A stretch of DNA of 24,831 nt from an uncultured bacterium (lineage in GTDB: Bacteria > SAR324 > NAC60-12). The notes below the pieces were generated by a model. It searched no databases, was not told the DNA's origin, and saw only the letters and a program-made list of their open reading frames with translations. A program made the translations under genes and the position numbers. Every line of letters starts with the position of its first letter. Position 1 is the stretch's first letter. Location: the NCBI GenBank assembly GCA_964010765.1, contig CAXGMD010000050.1, forward strand, positions 1 to 24,831, in the 5' to 3' direction. This document shows, one piece after another, positions 20,830 to 24,831 of this stretch.

Positions 20830-21327
20830 TCAGGAGTTGGAGGAACGAGGACTCTGTTTGAAGACCTGAAAGTTCAAGCGCACAACACGACTTCCTGGAG
20901 CCACGCTGAAAAGAAGCTGCTCGATTTGAAGGACCGGTTGGTTATTTTCAAGCCGATACAGGACCTCCAACGCATCGTCCAGATTTAGCTTATCCAGACG
21001 TACTTGGACACCATCCATCCCCTCAGGTGGATTGCTGAGCGCATTGAGTTGCAGGTTGTCCTGGATCTTTAAATCACGAGCAACAGCTTCGACAAAAGCA
21101 GAAAGTGGCTGCTCCATTACTGGAGCAAGTGGCCGATTTTTCAGTTGGTTCCACTCACTGGCTAGCGCTTGCAACTCGCGTAGCTGTTGTCGCCGATTAT
21201 CCAGTTGTTGTTGTAACAGTGCTTCCTGACCAGCGAGCTGCTTTTGTACATACACTCCTCCAAAGGCCAAGCCGATGAGAAGCAATAAACCCAGCAGTAG
21301 TTGTTCACGAAGGGTCAGTTCACGCAT
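20830..21327 (-). CDS. gspM: Probable type II secretion system protein M (165 aa)
   Basis: MRELTLREQLLL (LxxRE motif), TM helix, coiled coil, ferredoxin-like C-terminus VQVRLDKLNLDDALEVLYRLEN. True start judged to be ATG 21327, not 21477. Confidence 0.75.
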   Translation of the reverse strand: MRELTLREQLLLGLLLLIGLAFGGVYVQKQLAGQEALLQQQLDNRRQQLRELQALASEWNQLKNRPLAPVMEQPLSAFVEAVARDLKIQDNLQLNALSNPPEGMDGVQVRLDKLNLDDALEVLYRLENNQPVLQIEQLLFSVAPGSRVVRLNFQVFKQSPRSSNS

Positions 21328-22012
21328 GAGGACACGCGGTAGAGTCAGAAGTAGAAAGAATGCGTACCACTGGCGGTGATTTCCGAACTCGCAGTGGATT
21401 GCGAGTACAGTAATTGGCAAAGCCAGCATCGATGAAGCGATAGGGGAGCTGCTCGTCCCGACCCGCTGGAATTCCAAGACGAGTGGTTTGCAGGACTTGT
21501 TCCGGACGATAGCCGGTATCCAGTAGCTCCAGGCGGTCTGCTATCAACTGTTGTTGATCCCAATCTGGAACCTTTAGTCCTAGAGAGCGACAGAGCAGGG
21601 TTTGCCCTGAGCAGAGTCGCTTTGAGTCACGAATTCGACCAGCAACACGGTTGCGATGCTGCATGGTTTGCACCATTGCTTGGGAAGTTGGACCATCTGG
21701 AAAGAAGGGAAAAATGACCGCTGATTTGAGCAGCACGGCGTTGCCTTCTCCCTGACAACTGAAGTTGAAGGAGTCGCCACCGTGCGCATAGTACATGTAG
21801 ATGGTACCGGGTGCTCGGAAGAGAGCGTTGCGTTTGGGAGTCCAACCCAGCGAGGCGTGGCTGCCTTTCTCAGTCAGGTAGTAGGCTTCTGTTTCGATCA
21901 GTTGTGCCGCCAACCACTGTCCATCCAGATGATGCCGCAGCACTTTTCCTAATAGATCTCGAGCAACTTCGCAGGTGTCGCGATCGAAAAAATCCCGGTC
22001 TATGGGAGTCAT
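21320..22012 (-). CDS. mpg: DNA-3-methyladenine glycosylase (MPG/AAG family)
   Basis: FFDRDTCEVARDLLGKVL, IETEAY, SHAS, PGTIYMY, AVLLKS, TTRLGI, PYRF. ATG 22012 overlaps the ilvE stop (ATGA). Confidence 0.9.
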   Translation of the reverse strand: MTPIDRDFFDRDTCEVARDLLGKVLRHHLDGQWLAAQLIETEAYYLTEKGSHASLGWTPKRNALFRAPGTIYMYYAHGGDSFNFSCQGEGNAVLLKSAVIFPFFPDGPTSQAMVQTMQHRNRVAGRIRDSKRLCSGQTLLCRSLGLKVPDWDQQQLIADRLELLDTGYRPEQVLQTTRLGIPAGRDEQLPYRFIDAGFANYCTRNPLRVRKSPPVVRILSTSDSTACPHA

Positions 22013-23088
22013 TCGTCGATCAGTTCCATCCATCCATAGGGATCTTCCATCTCGCCATACTGGATGCCAGTTAGGTTTTGGAAGAAACGTTGGGCAACAG
22101 GTCCGGTCTTCCCTTCCCCAACGAGAAAGCTCTCATCCTTCCAACTGAGTTCACCAACTGGAGAAATGACGGCAGCAGTCCCAGAACCAAAGATCTCCTT
22201 GATGGTTCCTTGGCGCACCCCGTTGAGTACCTCCTCAATGCGAATACGCCGCTCCACCATTGGTAGTCCCCAGTGACGTCCGAGTTCCAGAACAGACCGA
22301 CGGGTGATGCCCGGTAGGATGGTTCCGTTGAGTTGGGGCGTGACGATTTCATTTTCCATGACAAAGAAGATGTTCATGGAACCAACTTCTTCAACATATT
22401 GCCGCTCCACCGCATCCAACCAGAGGACTTGTGTGTAGCCCTTGGCCTGGGCTTCCTTTTCAGCCAAATTGCTAGCGGCATAGTTGCCTGCGGTCTTCGC
22501 TTCGCCGACCCCACCAGGGGCAGCTCGAACGTACTGTTCTTCGACAATGATCTTGACCGGATTGAAGCCTTCTGGGTAGTAGGGTCCGACGGGGCAGAGG
22601 ATGATGAAGAACAGGTATTCCTTGGAAACCTTCAGTCCCAGTGCTTCTTCAGTAGCAAGCAGAGTTGGGCGGATGTAGAGAGATGTGCCTGGTTCATTTG
22701 GAACCCAGTTTTGATCGGTACGCAGCAGTAGCTTGAGTGCTTGTAGCCCAGTTTCAACGTCCAGTTCCGGTAGACAGATTCGCTGAGCAGTTCGTTGGAG
22801 TCGCTCAAAATTCTGTCGAGGGCGAAAGAGACGAATTTTTTGATCGGCTCCTCGATAGGCCTTCATCCCTTCAAAGGCAGACTGACCGTAGTGCAGCACC
22901 AGGGTGGAAGGAGACATCTGCAGGTTTTGGAAGGGCTGAATTCTGGCGGAGTGCCAGCCACCGCGATCGCTACTCCAGCGAATCGCTAGCATGTGGTCCG
23001 AAAAGACGGTGCCAAAGGTTACCCCAGTTAGTGTACTTGGCGGGGTCTTGCGTGCTTGCTGCGGAAGTAGTTCCTGTACGATGTCCAT
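22009..23088 (-). CDS. ilvE: Branched-chain amino acid aminotransferase
   Basis: FGTVFSDHM, LHYGQSAFEGMKAY, SLYIRP, PLP lysine in AKTAGNYAAS, EEVGSMNIF, ILPGITR, GSGTAAVISPV. Confidence 0.95.
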   Translation of the reverse strand: MDIVQELLPQQARKTPPSTLTGVTFGTVFSDHMLAIRWSSDRGGWHSARIQPFQNLQMSPSTLVLHYGQSAFEGMKAYRGADQKIRLFRPRQNFERLQRTAQRICLPELDVETGLQALKLLLRTDQNWVPNEPGTSLYIRPTLLATEEALGLKVSKEYLFFIILCPVGPYYPEGFNPVKIIVEEQYVRAAPGGVGEAKTAGNYAASNLAEKEAQAKGYTQVLWLDAVERQYVEEVGSMNIFFVMENEIVTPQLNGTILPGITRRSVLELGRHWGLPMVERRIRIEEVLNGVRQGTIKEIFGSGTAAVISPVGELSWKDESFLVGEGKTGPVAQRFFQNLTGIQYGEMEDPYGWMELIDE

Positions 23089-23129
23089 GTGTGCGTATTG
23101 CTGGAAGAGGAAGGGTGAAGTGGTTAAAC

Positions 23130-23273
23130 TCAGCGGCTATTGAGATACTGCATCTGGCGATACACCTGCTCTTGCCGATACTCGTCGTAATGCAACAGTA
23201 GGTAAGCCGTGGTTGAAACAGTACTTATGAGCAGCAATAGGGCGATGCGTACAATCCACTTGGTATGATGCAT
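23130..23273 (-). CDS. Small ORF, 47 aa, with one hydrophobic Ile/Leu/Val-rich segment
   Basis: Manual translation MHHTKWIVRIALLLLISTVSTTAYLLLHYDEYRQEQVYRQMQYLNSR*. Fills the gap between a candidate promoter and ilvE; no clear RBS. Confidence 0.5.
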   Translation of the reverse strand: MHHTKWIVRIALLLLISTVSTTAYLLLHYDEYRQEQVYRQMQYLNSR

Positions 23274-23298
23274 GGTTTCGGCCGACAAAAAAACTGAA

Positions 23299-23328
23299 AT
23301 TATGTAGAAATTATCCCATGCTTGTCAA
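23299..23328 (-). promoter_or_regulatory. Candidate sigma70 promoter for sORF-ilvE-mpg-gsp operon
   Basis: Minus strand TTGACA (23328-23323), 18-bp spacer, CATAAT (23304-23299). Confidence 0.55.
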
Positions 23329-23338
23329 GCGGACGCTC

Positions 23339-24103
23339 TCAGAATGCAAAACCAACGGTGAAGACCATTGCCGCTGGTAGCCGCATCGAAGAGTACCAGC
23401 GGTCCCGACGTCCATTCTGCTCTTCTTCCAGATTGGCTCTGAATTTATCAGGATCATCATTGAATTCAATATTGTTATATTTGTTTTTGATCGAGTATGA
23501 CTGTTCGGAAGGGATCGTCCAGCGCAGGAAATCAAAGGAAGTAAACATGTTTTCAGAGAATTTCTGGAACCCAACTCCTATGGTGTAAACGCTGGTCTCA
23601 ATAGTCATGTCATAGTAGGCTTGTGCTGGTTCGTATTTATCGTTGACATCTACCTTTTGCCCATACTTGATGTAACCTCGATTATAAAGCTCCAATCGTC
23701 GCTGTTCGCTGGTGCCAGCGATGTAGAAACTTTCTGCAACAAAGACCTTGGCATAGACTGCTGTGTTTATGATTCGGACATCCCCAATTCCATCTTTTCG
23801 CAGATCATCTAGAGCGCTGAGAATATCAGAATCAACTAACTCCAAACCTACTACAACTGGGTCATAGTAGGCACCTAGCACAATCCCTGGAGAGGTCAGT
23901 AGCAGCGGGCTGAGTCCATACTGTATTCCGAACAGGAGGGCAAAATTGCGCTCAAATCGGTAGCCTCCCAATTGTAGTGACTCTGCTGTTCCTGGATCAA
24001 GAAGGGGGTCATCATCAATTGGAGTGCCTGATTCTTCTTGAGCTCCCACCCACATGGGGGCCGACAGGAACAGGAAGAAGAACAGGAGTAAACGCAGACG
24101 CAT
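23339..24103 (-). CDS. Hypothetical secreted / outer-membrane beta-barrel protein (254 aa)
   Basis: Signal peptide MRLRLLLFFFLFLSAPMWVGA-Q from ATG 24103; amphipathic beta-strand-like segments; C-terminal FTVGFAF resembles the BAM beta-signal. Confidence 0.65.
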   Translation of the reverse strand: MRLRLLLFFFLFLSAPMWVGAQEESGTPIDDDPLLDPGTAESLQLGGYRFERNFALLFGIQYGLSPLLLTSPGIVLGAYYDPVVVGLELVDSDILSALDDLRKDGIGDVRIINTAVYAKVFVAESFYIAGTSEQRRLELYNRGYIKYGQKVDVNDKYEPAQAYYDMTIETSVYTIGVGFQKFSENMFTSFDFLRWTIPSEQSYSIKNKYNNIEFNDDPDKFRANLEEEQNGRRDRWYSSMRLPAAMVFTVGFAF

Positions 24104-24184
24104 AGACTTGCTTCGCCGACAGGTTTGAAGGATAGTGCGGGACTTACACAAAATAGACCACAAATTCTTGCCGACTACCTTGCT

Positions 24185-24673
24185 ATGACTAGCCTTGTGC
24201 GCATTGACTAGCACCTACTGAGTGACCTGAGCCAACGTGCTCGTCAGCATTCACGACGACGTTTGAACCATAACTTTCATGAACCTCCGGATGTTGTTAA
24301 CCGGATGCTTAACGCAATTGAACCTGATAGCTATATTTGTCCTCACTGACACCAACATCCTCCATTATAAGAATCCTTCCCGGTCCTGCGAGGCGCTGGA
24401 GCTGTGATTGTATTTACAGACACGGGGGAGGTAGAGGACATTCTGGTGTTGGATTCAAGACGTCAGTGCTGGGGTGTGGAAATTCCGGCAGGACGTTATC
24501 ATACGGTTCTCTCTCGAGCTGTCGGTAGTGTGTTTTACGAGGTCAAGCAGGGTCCTTATGATCCTCAACGTACCAAAGAATTTGCTCCTTGGGCTCCGTT
24601 GGAAGGAACCCCAGAGGCCCCAGCATACTTACAACGCCTGCACCAATGGGTGGACCAGGCCCAGCAAATGTAA
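24185..24673 (+). pseudogene. WbuC-family cupin-fold metalloprotein pseudogene with three in-frame stops
   Basis: One frame from ATG 24185: MTSLVRID*HLLSDLSQRARQHSRRRLNHNFHEPPDVVNRMLNAIEPDSYICPH*HQHPPL*ESFPVLRGAGAVIVFTDTGEV...GVEIPAGRYHT...FYEVKQGPYDP...FAPWAPLEG. Stops at 24209 (TAG), 24347 (TGA), 24368 (TAA). Confidence 0.85.
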
Positions 24674-24691
24674 CCTTGCCAAAAAAGTGGA

Positions 24692-24720
24692 TTGACAAGT
24701 CCTAGAGGCTGGGAGATATT
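24692..24720 (+). promoter_or_regulatory. Candidate sigma70 promoter of tRNA-Leu
   Basis: TTGACA 24692-24697, 17-bp spacer, GATATT 24715-24720, 24 bp upstream of the tRNA. Confidence 0.55.
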
Positions 24721-24744
24721 TTTCAGCTTCTCTCCGCATCGAAT

Positions 24745-24831
24745 GCCGACGTGGCGGAATTGGTAGACGCGCTAGATTCAGGTTCTAGTGGGGGCAACCC
24801 CGTGGAGGTTCGATTCCTCTCGTCGGCACCA
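24745..24831 (+). tRNA. tRNA-Leu(CAG)
   Basis: Acceptor stem GCCGACG/CGTCGGC plus A-CCA; D-arm GCGGAATTGGTAGACGC; anticodon arm CTAGA-TTCAGGT-TCTAG (CAG 24779-24781); long variable arm GGGGCAACCCC; T-loop GTTCGATTC. Confidence 0.97.

Noticed and set aside
24347..24349. In-frame TGA as selenocysteine or genetic-code reassignment
   Set aside because: It aligns to a conserved Arg, TAG and TAA also interrupt the frame, and TGA terminates many normal genes in the window.
24745..24831. tRNA-Leu as an integration site
   Set aside because: No duplicate of its 3' end noticed in the window, and downstream sequence is not available.

Overview
Bacterial chromosomal core region around the probable replication origin; gene content and composition suggest a deltaproteobacterial or SAR324-like organism (inference only). 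Almost all genes are on the minus strand, read right to left: OMP-like gene, sORF, ilvE, mpg, gspM, gspN, mltG, gspF, Ig-like/FGE lipoprotein, small lipoprotein, SAM methyltransferase, racemase, [oriC-like intergenic], dnaN, recF, gyrB, der, sthA, [AT-rich islet], rarD, SPOR protein, serC (partial). A WbuC-like cupin pseudogene and tRNA-Leu(CAG) lie on the plus strand at the right end. Two regions stand out. (1) The 324 bp upstream of dnaN has no dnaA gene but shows full origin architecture (T-tract, DnaA-trios, tandem boxes at 11-bp spacing) built from a non-canonical box, TTTTCGACA. (2) An AT-rich islet carries a 7TM-sensor/PP2C phosphatase gene bracketed by three copies of an 18-bp palindrome (AATCGTGTTAACACGATT; two perfect, one variant), one of which abuts the 3' end of a decayed tyrosine recombinase. 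All calls are from motif recognition by eye; no searches were run.
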